From an uncultured Bacillota bacterium (GTDB taxonomy: Bacteria > Bacillota_I > Bacilli_A > RF39 > UBA660), in assembly GCA_947168485.1 (NCBI GenBank), contig CAMVLZ010000003.1:32997-96996 (forward strand): a stretch of DNA of 64,000 bases, given 5' to 3'. Shown here piece after piece: positions 20,501 through 28,955 of this stretch (its first letter is position 1; each line of letters begins with the position of its first letter). The notes beneath the pieces were generated by a model. It was given only the letters and a program-made list of their open reading frames with translations. It was not told the DNA's origin and made no database searches. The translations under genes and the position numbers were made by a program.

Positions 20501-22248
20501 TCTAATGCATCATTTAATGCGATTAATTCTCTGCATCCTGATTGTTTAGCAATTGCTTCATCAATTTTAGTAGTTAAATATTCTGCATATTCTGGTTCTT
20601 CTCCATCATTATTTTTAATTAATGATTCGAATCTTCTGATTTGCTTAGTATAAGCTGAATTTAATTCTTTAGCATGTTTTAATACTTCTTCTTGAGCTTC
20701 ATCACCTTTTGCACAAGCTTCAAAGAACTCTTTCTCTAATTCAGCAATTTGCTCATTAATTTCAGCACCAACTATTTCTGTTCTAGGTTCTCTCTCACCT
20801 AGGTCTAAATCAATATATTCATCTTCTGGTGATCTCTCAGTTCTTGGTTGTCTTTCAATTGGTCCTAAATCGATATAATCATCTTCTGGTGATTTTGATT
20901 CCATTCTAGGTGCTCTTTCAAGATTTATATCCATATATTCATCTTCTACATTATGTTCTTTTACTTCTTCTTTATCTTTTTGTTGTTCTGCTTCATGTGT
21001 TCTAATGTATTCAATTGCTTTTTGAATACTATCATCATCATATGTATCTAGTTTTTCTTGAATATCAGCTATTTGTTGTTGTGTATCTTCAACTAGTGAT
21101 TTATCTGATCCGTTTCTTACCAATTCATTTCGTTTATTTGTCAAATCAAAATAATCATTTAATAAATTTAATAATTCTCTATCATCATTTATTTGTTTTT
21201 CTCTAATATAATCCATAGCTGCATCTTGATCATCTAAATTATATAAACTCATTTTTTCTGTAACATCATTTATTTTGCTTGTTAATTTGTCTATTTCTGA
21301 TTGGTCAGCACCTGATCTTTCAAGAGCTTCTCTTTGAGCAAATAAATCATTAAATGTTTCTTGTAATTCTACCAATTCTTTTACTTCTTTTTTTAGAGTT
21401 TTTTCTTGATTTTCTTCTATATTTAAGTATTCATCTTCTACATTATGTTCTTTTACTTCTTCTTTATCTTTTGATCTTTGTTGTTCAAATTCTTGTTCTC
21501 TAATATACTCAATAGCATCTTGTATTTCATATTCTTCATGAGTATCTAGTTTTGCTGAAATATCATCTATTTGTGCTTGAATAGCATCAATTAACATCTT
21601 ATCAGCATTTTTTCTTACTAATTCATTTCTTTCATTAGTTAAATCAAAATAATCATCTAGTAAATCTACTAAATCCTTATTTATTTCTTTTTCTGGGATT
21701 TCTTCTTCAATATCTTGAACTTCGTCTTTTACTTCTTCTTTTTCTTCTTGTTCCATAGCTTGAACAGCGTTAACTATCTCTTCGTTTGAATAAAATTCAA
21801 ATGTTTTGTCTAAATCTTCTAATTCTTCATTTATTCTTTCAATATGTTTATCAATACTTTTTATAGAAGAATCTAATTCATTTAATCTTGTATAGTATTC
21901 TTGTGTAGTTTCTTCAGGTACATTAGCTTGTAGAGATTCTAATTCTCTTTCTTGACGTTCTCTTCTATTTATTAATTCTTTCTTTTCTTCTTCTAAAGCA
22001 TCATATTTATTAATTTCTTCTATAATCTTATCATTTGGTTTTAATTCAGATTCTCTTTTTTCTAAAGATACTAATTCAGATTCAAGTCTATCTATAGTTT
22101 CTTGTATTTGAGCCTTTTGTTGAGATTTATATTCTTCATCAGTTAAATTGTCCAAATCTGCTAAGATGTGGGCATTTCTTTCTAGAGCTTCTTTCTTTTT
22201 AGAAATTAAATCTTGTACTTCTTTCATACTTGTTATTTCATAAAACAT
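17560..22248 (-). CDS. Giant (~1560 aa) acidic coiled-coil protein with internal repeats, a D/N/S-rich tract and hydrophobic segments in the C-terminal half
   Basis: Uninterrupted ORF. The likely start is the ATG at 22246-22248, with AGGAG 8 nt upstream (the track start is a GTG). E/K/D-rich heptad-like sequence. Two ~80-aa repeats. Hydrophobic stretches include IIAPIIGIAGATLITAYTA. Confidence 0.75.
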   Translation of the reverse strand: MFYEITSMKEVQDLISKKKEALERNAHILADLDNLTDEEYKSQQKAQIQETIDRLESELVSLEKRESELKPNDKIIEEINKYDALEEEKKELINRRERQERELESLQANVPEETTQEYYTRLNELDSSIKSIDKHIERINEELEDLDKTFEFYSNEEIVNAVQAMEQEEKEEVKDEVQDIEEEIPEKEINKDLVDLLDDYFDLTNERNELVRKNADKMLIDAIQAQIDDISAKLDTHEEYEIQDAIEYIREQEFEQQRSKDKEEVKEHNVEDEYLNIEENQEKTLKKEVKELVELQETFNDLFAQREALERSGADQSEIDKLTSKINDVTEKMSLYNLDDQDAAMDYIREKQINDDRELLNLLNDYFDLTNKRNELVRNGSDKSLVEDTQQQIADIQEKLDTYDDDSIQKAIEYIRTHEAEQQKDKEEVKEHNVEDEYMDINLERAPRMESKSPEDDYIDLGPIERQPRTERSPEDEYIDLDLGEREPRTEIVGAEINEQIAELEKEFFEACAKGDEAQEEVLKHAKELNSAYTKQIRRFESLIKNNDGEEPEYAEYLTTKIDEAIAKQSGCRELIALNDALDEDIEEPEIEENLSEERINDLEQETIEAQLRINELEEELEKALKNKRFFDEQAISICEEMMEKNQEYIELLTNNEELDIQKAKKLEYTQAKDRLGFAKDKQREYQERIDKLQEEIEKNTQIIENNQEELSRGRESIQNEEPIVVPGIDGTTPDDGSDNGSDDDSGNDSNEEPANDTPETSDDDQNNDSDDDQNNDSDDNQDEENGDDSDDDSEDDSDDNGNDEDNDFVDDGDLGPIGIEGQTPQDDHQEEEEKDPEEKEPIEENKEMPKKKGRVLEVIKTDIITDKETGEPINVTHIQRKRLERSEISITRNFGNQVKNGQVIYNVTSIASAVWGLLSSTVQKLSGKLLTTKRTKEKFEKVRQNIQDLPDEDKEVLFNEYINIAAASDRDKGIDGIIREEAIKYKRETVIKPKVEEAGRIFTEIMESYKLYKKYGALVEQLEDGLPLEVLKQIPGVEIDVDGITREQLIGELKTVQGALIQGKAEKIKRFQELNKELSKDFNGTGIHALEEEEKAKSSMMNEKGKRFARDVGTGEDFEGRKMRAEVAQALSDSLDENKDLESMLLFVKGEQLKYQASKQGLVWVRILKGNPLIPEGIPIIPAGIGEVGTVNYAVLAHEMDYRPDPFIRNMITTVATVATIAHTIGAIQHNIEVRRGNEANQGVMDEVHARGKQLEDHDKELAQGMEHQREGDFTGYRNHDEMRDDFWDKPADYTTVDTQHHMGLRQSYETVTQQVQDIQSKMQSGQLSTIDGLDQIRQLNLDTHTQYVELLKETLPKVEEYAANHPEFDYNVLIPAMKKMIENPSALDAENQALLDAIQQGGALQQLVVEEIPQSIIAPIIGIAGATLITAYTASQSQKGFEKPISSLEELVGDSIELDQALESGEFIEEPELEEEKKLEEEEEKSMPIQDEPEEEPSIEIETEEERKERDMKEMLGEYAPEEREPIEMEEESASLKDEVKGMFNKLKEKAESKGKKQSK
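19804..20049 (-). repeat. Low-complexity coding tract for a D/N/S/E-rich acidic linker (about aa 737-818 of the giant protein)
   Basis: DDGSDNGSDDDSGNDSNEE...DDDQNNDSDDDQNNDSDDNQDEENGDDSDDDSEDDSDDNGNDEDND. Short imperfect GAT/GAA-rich DNA repeats. Confidence 0.8.
20935..21174 (-). repeat. Internal ~80-codon repeat, copy B, of the giant gene
   Basis: LLNLLNDYFDLTNKRNELVR...IQKAIEYIRTHEAEQQKDKEEVKEHNVEDEY matches copy A. The DNA string tcatcttctacattatgttcttttacttcttctttatctttt is found in both copies. Confidence 0.8.
21427..21672 (-). repeat. Internal ~80-codon repeat, copy A, of the giant gene
   Basis: LVDLLDDYFDLTNERNELVR...IQDAIEYIREQEFEQQRSKDKEEVKEHNVEDEY. Confidence 0.8.
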
Positions 22249-22516
22249 TTTGAACACTCCTATCTATCTCTTGTAATACTTCTTTTACCATTTCTACTTC
22301 TTCTGGAGTAGTTACTTTTTCTAATCTATCAGGTCCAAATACTGGGTCATATGAAGAATAATAAATATTTTGTCTTCCATCTGGTGTTTTAGTATTATCT
22401 GTATATCCAATATAAACTTTACCAGTATCTTCTGAAGAAAAAGTGAAAAGTACATCACATTCTGTTTTCTTTCCATTAATATCTACAGTTATTTTTTGTT
22501 CTTCCATTATTTCCAT
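22238..22516 (-). CDS. DUF1292 (UPF0473, YrzB-like) protein
   Basis: ECDVLFTFSSEDTGKVYIGY and TPEEVEMVKEVLQE match the YrzB pattern E.EVLFTF.S.E.GK.Y ... EW..IEEVL. Confidence 0.8.
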   Translation of the reverse strand: MEIMEEQKITVDINGKKTECDVLFTFSSEDTGKVYIGYTDNTKTPDGRQNIYYSSYDPVFGPDRLEKVTTPEEVEMVKEVLQEIDRSVQNVL

Positions 22517-22517
22517 A

Positions 22518-23027
22518 TTATTTCTTCCCTTCTATATATAGATTTACTACACTTTCTTTTTTCTGATCTTCTTTAAGCTTTATTTTCAAATGATAAGTTT
22601 TTACATCTTTTTTCTTACTTAGTAATGAATAATACTCTGTTACATTATTATTACCAAGTATATTTTTATTATCACCTTTAAGCGTCATTGTATATTCAGC
22701 TTTAGCTTCACTATTAACATAAAACCTATACTTATATTTATCTTTATTAATATCAGATTCTCTATAGTTAGTTATATTAAATACATAATCAACTATTTCA
22801 TCTTTTTTCTTATTACTAATATTTACACTTACTGTATTTAGTTTTTCTTCAATAACTGGTATTGTAAAATCCGCTCCTTTTGTTAGATTATATTCTTTTT
22901 TAGCAGAATTTAATCTAAACAATAAGTATATAACAAATATCAATAACAATATAAATATTGATAATAATACATAGTCTGATATAGTTTTTTTCTTTTTTTC
23001 TTTAATCCTTTTCTTTATTTTACTCAT
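22518..23027 (-). CDS. Hypothetical N-terminally anchored protein (169 aa)
   Basis: Lysine-rich N-terminus, then the TM helix VLLSIFILLLIFVIYLLF, then a ~120-aa soluble domain. There is a 1-nt gap to the DUF1292 gene. Confidence 0.6.
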   Translation of the reverse strand: MSKIKKRIKEKKKKTISDYVLLSIFILLLIFVIYLLFRLNSAKKEYNLTKGADFTIPVIEEKLNTVSVNISNKKKDEIVDYVFNITNYRESDINKDKYKYRFYVNSEAKAEYTMTLKGDNKNILGNNNVTEYYSLLSKKKDVKTYHLKIKLKEDQKKESVVNLYIEGKK

Positions 23028-23036
23028 ATATTTCTC

Positions 23037-24413
23037 CTAACTTAATAATTTGTTCTTTACTCTATTGTTTTCATCTTTTAAATAATGCTTTTCTTCTTTA
23101 GTTAAAGAATCATATAAGATTATATTTGATGTTTCTTCTTCTATTTTAACATACTTTGATGCATTATTGATACAAGAAATATTCAAATTTAGTATTTTTT
23201 TCATTGTAGTCACATCTACTATATTTACAGATAGATTAATATCTTGAGTATAACTTTTTTTCTCATCTAATTTTATAATACTTCTATCATAAACAATATC
23301 AATCTTTTTATTATGTGAATAACCAACTACAAGTGATGTTTTTTTCTCTTCTCTATCAAACTCTATACTACCAATACTTTGTTCTTTATTATCTACTATT
23401 GAAGCAATATAATTATCTTTATTTCTTACTAAAGTAGTAATTGTATCTAACTTATTATTCTCTTTAGTCTCTATTCTTATTCGTTCATCTGTAGGTTCAA
23501 ATGACATAGTTTTATTAACTTTATCAATAATATGACCAAACTCAAATTTCTTTACATGATATAAATTATTAGTATAAATAGAAAACTCTATAAATTCATT
23601 TTTTTCTAATAACTTAGTTTCTGGTTTAATCTTCTTTAAGTTTGGATTTATTATATACATAATATTTTTAGCTCTACTATCTTTTTTAATATCTTTAATA
23701 ATACTATTTATTAATAATCGTAGTTTCATATCATCAAGTTTTAAATTATATTTTATTAGTTTTACATTGTTTTCATCATATGTAGTTTCTACTTTAGATG
23801 TAGTAATATCTTCTTCATTTATATTTTTAATTAAAGAATTAATTATAAAATCTTTAATATACTTAGTATTATAATCTTTATCTTTATGAGAATTAATTGT
23901 TTCAAAATATATAGCATTACCTAAATTAATATAATTATCTTTTAATCCTTCTAAATATTCATATTTAGTTGAATCATCTACTAATATCTTTTTATTTATA
24001 AGATTTTGATTATTAAGAGTAGTATTCATAGTAAATAGAAATTTTTTATTACTTAAATCTTGTTTAAAATTAATAGTAGTTTTAGTTCTACTTATATTAT
24101 TGTAATATCTATATAATTGTTTTAAATTATAATTTGTTTTAAAAATATCTTCTTCACTATTAACATTTAATTTTAAATTATAAGTATCATTAATATTGTT
24201 TCCTAGTACTGTGTCTTTTTTATCATAATGCATCATTTTATTAGTGTAATTATAAATACTATTTATAGTTTTTGAATATATAGTTTTTGGTTTAGAAGAT
24301 CTATTAAAAGATACTCCTATTACTAGTAAAATTACTGCTATAACCATTAAAAGAACTATTAATAATAGTTCTTTCTTTATATATTTATTTTTACTAGTAC
24401 CATTACTTCCCAT
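23037..24413 (-). CDS. Hypothetical N-terminally anchored protein (458 aa)
   Basis: TM helix LLLIVLLMVIAVILLVIGV followed by a large N/K-rich soluble region. Confidence 0.6.
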   Translation of the reverse strand: MGSNGTSKNKYIKKELLLIVLLMVIAVILLVIGVSFNRSSKPKTIYSKTINSIYNYTNKMMHYDKKDTVLGNNINDTYNLKLNVNSEEDIFKTNYNLKQLYRYYNNISRTKTTINFKQDLSNKKFLFTMNTTLNNQNLINKKILVDDSTKYEYLEGLKDNYINLGNAIYFETINSHKDKDYNTKYIKDFIINSLIKNINEEDITTSKVETTYDENNVKLIKYNLKLDDMKLRLLINSIIKDIKKDSRAKNIMYIINPNLKKIKPETKLLEKNEFIEFSIYTNNLYHVKKFEFGHIIDKVNKTMSFEPTDERIRIETKENNKLDTITTLVRNKDNYIASIVDNKEQSIGSIEFDREEKKTSLVVGYSHNKKIDIVYDRSIIKLDEKKSYTQDINLSVNIVDVTTMKKILNLNISCINNASKYVKIEEETSNIILYDSLTKEEKHYLKDENNRVKNKLLS

Positions 24414-24467
24414 AATTATCTATCCTACTATTAATATTATATAATTAATAGATAGTTATGTCAAAGA

Positions 24468-24983
24468 TTATATACTTTCAGTTAACAATGATAATTGTAT
24501 AGGTATATTGATAGCTTGTAGTTTTTTCTTTGTATAATTATATCTTGCGGTTACTTTAAGAGTTGTTTCTTCATTTGGAGATAATTCTTTACCAATAATA
24601 TTATTTATATCTATAGTTGCTGGAGCAATTGTTAATCTAGTATTATCATCATTGAAATAATCTGGTAAGGCTATTAAATTAGTTATTTTGCCTGCAACTT
24701 TACCAGTATTTTTTATCTTAATTAGGTAAGTTATCTCATCATTAGGAGTATATAAATCAAATGATAAGTCTACTGATAATCCATTATTTGTTATAGTAGC
24801 ATTTGATGTAGGACTATATTTTCCTGCTTGTATAGGATTTAATTTATTCATTGAAATAAACTCTATTTTATATTGAGATTTTTCTTTTATTACTGATGAT
24901 AATTTTATTATAGAAATAGCAAAAGCTAATGTTACTATAATTAATGAAATACATAGAGTAATTACTAGTTTTTTATTTTTCAT
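24468..24983 (-). CDS. Hypothetical N-terminally anchored protein (171 aa)
   Basis: I moved the start to the ATG at 24981-24983 (MKNKKLVITL), which has AAAGGGGAA upstream. One TM helix followed by a ~130-aa domain. Confidence 0.6.
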   Translation of the reverse strand: MKNKKLVITLCISLIIVTLAFAISIIKLSSVIKEKSQYKIEFISMNKLNPIQAGKYSPTSNATITNNGLSVDLSFDLYTPNDEITYLIKIKNTGKVAGKITNLIALPDYFNDDNTRLTIAPATIDINNIIGKELSPNEETTLKVTARYNYTKKKLQAINIPIQLSLLTESI

Positions 24984-24984
24984 A

Positions 24985-25788
24985 TTAACAATTCCCCTTT
25001 CTATAATCATTTAAACTTCCTCTATAGCAATAACCAATATCTATATTATTAACTGGTAATTCTATATATGCATATACTTTACTATCTTCAATGTAATAGT
25101 AACTATTACTTGTAGGATAAATAGATAATTCATCTACACTTATAGATTGTATATTTAATCTATGATTATCTTTTGATTCATCTTTAATATTATTCTTTGA
25201 TTGATATATTAATAATTTTTTATATACATAATCAGTATATTCTGAAATATTATCATTTTTAATTGATAATACATAATTTTTAGATTGACTGTCTAAAGAC
25301 TTTAATATTTCATCTTTATTTTGTGACTCTAATTTATACTTATTATTTAATTCTTCATATGAGGATACTTTTTCATTATAACTTGAATATTTCATATTAA
25401 AATACTCTTTATAAGTATTATTATCTTTATCATACTTAGTAACAATAATTTTACTATTATTACTTATTTTCTTTCTATCAGTTAATATCTTAATACTTTG
25501 AGATATTGCTTTAGATAAAGATTTATTTTCAATATTCTTATTATATAGAATTAATGAAGTTTCATTATAAAATATAATATTTATTACTTTATTATCTTTA
25601 GATAATTCATATCCAAATATATTATTATCTATTTGTATATCAATCAATCTATCTATCTCTGCTGAAGTAGTAATATGTTCACTACTTCCTATATTTGATT
25701 TAATTTCTGGAATACCTTTTACAACTACTAATACTATTATTACTATAACTACTATTATTGTTTCTATTAATATTTCATATTTTTTCAT
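24985..25788 (-). CDS. Hypothetical N-terminally anchored protein (267 aa), translationally coupled to pbpB
   Basis: The start overlaps the pbpB stop (4-nt overlap at 25785-25788). TM helix IIVVIVIIVLVVV. Confidence 0.6.
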   Translation of the reverse strand: MKKYEILIETIIVVIVIIVLVVVKGIPEIKSNIGSSEHITTSAEIDRLIDIQIDNNIFGYELSKDNKVINIIFYNETSLILYNKNIENKSLSKAISQSIKILTDRKKISNNSKIIVTKYDKDNNTYKEYFNMKYSSYNEKVSSYEELNNKYKLESQNKDEILKSLDSQSKNYVLSIKNDNISEYTDYVYKKLLIYQSKNNIKDESKDNHRLNIQSISVDELSIYPTSNSYYYIEDSKVYAYIELPVNNIDIGYCYRGSLNDYRKGNC

Positions 25789-27929
25789 TCTTTAAATTTA
25801 GGACTTAATGTTAATTTTATTTCTTTACCTTGTTCTAATTTAGAATTTGGTTTTATTGATTGAGATTTAACATATCCTACTCCATCTAATTTTACTTTTA
25901 ATCCTAATTCTTCTAATATAGATTTTGCTAATTTAGATGACATTCCTGTAACATCTGGTACTTTAATATTAGAATCATTAGTTATTAAATAGATTTTATC
26001 TTGATTAGTTACAATAGTATTAGCTTTAGGTATTTGTTTAATTATCTTATTGCCATCACCATATATCTTATAAGATATTTTATCGTGTTTTAATATAGTT
26101 TTGGCATCATCTATACTCTTATTAATGAAATTAGGTATTTTATAATCATGTACATCTATTTCTACTGTTTTTTTATCTTCATTTTTACCATAGTATTTTG
26201 CTAGATTTTTAATTATTTCTTTAACTGCATCTGATACAGGTTTTTGAGCTCCATTAGTTGGTTTCTTTACAGATGCATAAATTATTACTTTAGGATCAGA
26301 CTTAGGATATATTCCAGAGAAAGAGACAATAACATTATGAGCACCTGCAATATAACCACCATGTTTTTCATCTGCTATTTGAGCTGTACCTGTTTTTCCT
26401 ATTAATTCTTTAGAATCTAATCTAAAATAATAACCAGTATTTCCTACTCCATTAACAGTATTATCCATTAATTCTTTCATCTTTTTAACTGTTTGAGTAG
26501 ATGCAACTCTTTCTATTTCAGTCTTTTTATTTTGTACAATTACTTCATTAGTTTCTGGATCTACTATTTTTTCTACTAAATATGGTTGTAGCAATACTCC
26601 ATCATTAGTTAATGCAGTTAGTGCTTTAACATTTTGAATTGGAGTTGTTGTTATACCTTGACCGAATCCTGCATTAAATATTTCTGTTTCATATTTAAAA
26701 TTTAATTTACCTGTAGATTCATTAGGAAGAGGTATTCCTGTTTTTCTACCAAAACCTAATTTTTTATAATAACTTCTTAACATATTAGCACTCATATGTC
26801 TATGTATTAAATTGATAATACCTACATTACTAGAAAGAGCATAACCTCTATCAAAAGAGATGTTACCCCAACCACTTCTATTCCAGTCTCCTATTTCAGT
26901 TCCATCTTTAGTTTTATATACACCTGATCGATATGTTTCACTACCTTTATATACTCCATTTTCCATAGCTGCCATATAAGTAAATGTTTTCATAGTTGAA
27001 CCTGGTTCATATGGAGAAGATAGTAACATGTCCATATAATTCTTTATATCTCTTTTATTAGGATCAAATGATGGTTTAGATGAAGTTGCTAGAATAGCAC
27101 CTGTCTTTGCATCTAATAGAGTTATGTTATACCAATCCCATTTAAATCTTTTAGCTTGTTTATCCATAGCATTTTCTACATAAAATTGAATATTAGAATC
27201 TATTGTTAAATATATATCTTTACCAGATGTAGCTTCTTTAGTTTCAGTTTTAGTATCAGCTATTTTATATCCTTTTAAATCTTTTTGATATTTGATATAT
27301 CCATTTTCTCCTCTTAGAGTTTTATCATAGTATTTTTCAATACCCATTTCTCCTGTTACTTCATCATCTTCATAAGATTTTGGTTTAGCATAACCAATAG
27401 TATAAGATGCAAAATCTCCTTTTGGATAATATCTTCTATATGATTCAATAAAATCTAATCCTGGAAGATTTAAATCTTCTATTTTCTTTTTAGTTATCTC
27501 ATTTAAATTTTTACCTTTAGTTCCAAATTCTGTTTGATATACTTTTTCTTTACTTAAATATTTTAGTAATTTTTCTTCTTTTATACCTAATATTGGAGCT
27601 AGTTTCTCTGCTGTTTTTTCTTTATCTATAACATGTTGAGGATTCTTTTTATTAGTAGTTCTCTTTGGATCTAAATATGCAATAAGTTTGTATGCTGTCA
27701 CATTTTGAGCTAATAAATCACCATTTTTTGCATATATACTACCACGTTTAGCATATATTAAGTCAGTAGCAGTAGTTCTACGAGAAGCTAATTCTTTTAA
27801 ATCTACTCCATCTACTTTTTTTGATAAAGAAAGATAAGATAATCTATAAATAAAAACTGCAAACAAAAAAAGAGAAAGAAGTATTATCCATCCTGAATAT
27901 TTAATATTGTTTTTCTTTCTCTTGCTCAT
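25785..27929 (-). CDS. pbpB: Class B penicillin-binding protein (PBP2B/FtsI-type transpeptidase) with two C-terminal PASTA domains
   Basis: STMK (GSTMKTF), SSN (ALSSNVG) and KTGT (GKTGTAQ) motifs, an N-terminal TM anchor, two PASTA-like repeats at the C-terminus, and dcw context. Confidence 0.9.
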   Translation of the reverse strand: MSKRKKNNIKYSGWIILLSLFLFAVFIYRLSYLSLSKKVDGVDLKELASRRTTATDLIYAKRGSIYAKNGDLLAQNVTAYKLIAYLDPKRTTNKKNPQHVIDKEKTAEKLAPILGIKEEKLLKYLSKEKVYQTEFGTKGKNLNEITKKKIEDLNLPGLDFIESYRRYYPKGDFASYTIGYAKPKSYEDDEVTGEMGIEKYYDKTLRGENGYIKYQKDLKGYKIADTKTETKEATSGKDIYLTIDSNIQFYVENAMDKQAKRFKWDWYNITLLDAKTGAILATSSKPSFDPNKRDIKNYMDMLLSSPYEPGSTMKTFTYMAAMENGVYKGSETYRSGVYKTKDGTEIGDWNRSGWGNISFDRGYALSSNVGIINLIHRHMSANMLRSYYKKLGFGRKTGIPLPNESTGKLNFKYETEIFNAGFGQGITTTPIQNVKALTALTNDGVLLQPYLVEKIVDPETNEVIVQNKKTEIERVASTQTVKKMKELMDNTVNGVGNTGYYFRLDSKELIGKTGTAQIADEKHGGYIAGAHNVIVSFSGIYPKSDPKVIIYASVKKPTNGAQKPVSDAVKEIIKNLAKYYGKNEDKKTVEIDVHDYKIPNFINKSIDDAKTILKHDKISYKIYGDGNKIIKQIPKANTIVTNQDKIYLITNDSNIKVPDVTGMSSKLAKSILEELGLKVKLDGVGYVKSQSIKPNSKLEQGKEIKLTLSPKFKE

Positions 27930-27941
27930 CTATTTCACTTC

Positions 27942-28247
27942 CTATTCGTTGTTACTTACTGATGTCTTTACTGTCTTAATGTTATTATTATTATAACTTA
28001 GTCCTTGATCTTTCGCAACTTCTTCTATCTTAGTAAGTGAAGCTAATTCATTGATTGCCATTTGTAATGATTCGTTTGTTTTTTCTTGTTGCTCTATCTC
28101 TTTCTTTTGTTTCTCCACTTCATAATTTAATTGTGCCAATGTTGACATTAGAAATACTTTAAAGAAAGCAACTGATACTATTACTACAGCAATAATTATC
28201 ATAGACTTTCTAATGCCACTTTTTTTCTTCTTTTTATTCTTTTTCAT
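27942..28247 (-). CDS. ftsL: Cell division protein FtsL-like
   Basis: About 100 aa with a basic N-terminus, a single TM helix and a coiled coil, positioned between rsmH and pbpB. Confidence 0.7.
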   Translation of the reverse strand: MKKNKKKKKSGIRKSMIIIAVVIVSVAFFKVFLMSTLAQLNYEVEKQKKEIEQQEKTNESLQMAINELASLTKIEEVAKDQGLSYNNNNIKTVKTSVSNNE

Positions 28248-28268
28248 AGTATCTCCTCTCTTTATATT

Positions 28269-28940
28269 TTATTCAATTGGTAATAGTTGGTTTAATGCTA
28301 TAACATTGTCATAACTACCTGTTTCAGCTATTACTAATTTGGAATAAGTATAAACTCCATAGTATTCAAAATGTGTTTGTTGACCAGTTGCATTCATACC
28401 ATTACCATTATTATCTACTTCTAAATCAATAACTAATGCAAAAGGTATTTTTTCTCCAGTCATATCTTTAGTGTTTTCATTAAATAGATTTTTTAAATTT
28501 TCTTGTGAAGCATTAAAATCATTTTCATACTTCTTTAGATTTTTACCTGTATATATTCTATAAGATCCATGATTATCATATTTTTTCATAGTATAACCAT
28601 TCTTAACATTAGGTTTTGAAAATTCATATTCCCATGATTGATCTTTTTCTGAATACCATATTGTTCTATCTAACTTAACTTCTGTATTATAATCATAATT
28701 TGGATCTATTACATCTTTATTTTGTTTTTTAGTAAGTTTAACATCATCCATTACTTTTATTCCAAAAATATATAATCTATTTCCTTTGTATCCCTCTAGG
28801 GTATTAACCTTTTCATATTTCCATGTGATTGCTTCATAAACAACAGTACCACCATCTTTTAAACCATATTTTTTAGGGATACTTAGTATGGCTAATATTA
28901 CTAAAATTATTAATACAATTATTATTATCTTTTTTTTCAT
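28269..28940 (-). CDS. Hypothetical exported or anchored protein inserted between rsmH and ftsL
   Basis: N-terminal hydrophobic helix IIIIVLIILVILAILSI followed by a ~190-aa soluble region. Confidence 0.6.
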   Translation of the reverse strand: MKKKIIIIVLIILVILAILSIPKKYGLKDGGTVVYEAITWKYEKVNTLEGYKGNRLYIFGIKVMDDVKLTKKQNKDVIDPNYDYNTEVKLDRTIWYSEKDQSWEYEFSKPNVKNGYTMKKYDNHGSYRIYTGKNLKKYENDFNASQENLKNLFNENTKDMTGEKIPFALVIDLEVDNNGNGMNATGQQTHFEYYGVYTYSKLVIAETGSYDNVIALNQLLPIE

Positions 28941-28955
28941 TTTAATTTCTCCAAA

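Noticed and set aside
24414-24467. Inverted repeat CTATTAAT-N8-ATTAATAG, considered as a terminator inside the dcw block
   Set aside because: It is an all-A/T stem with no following U-tract, so it is unlikely to terminate transcription. I therefore treat the operon as continuous here.
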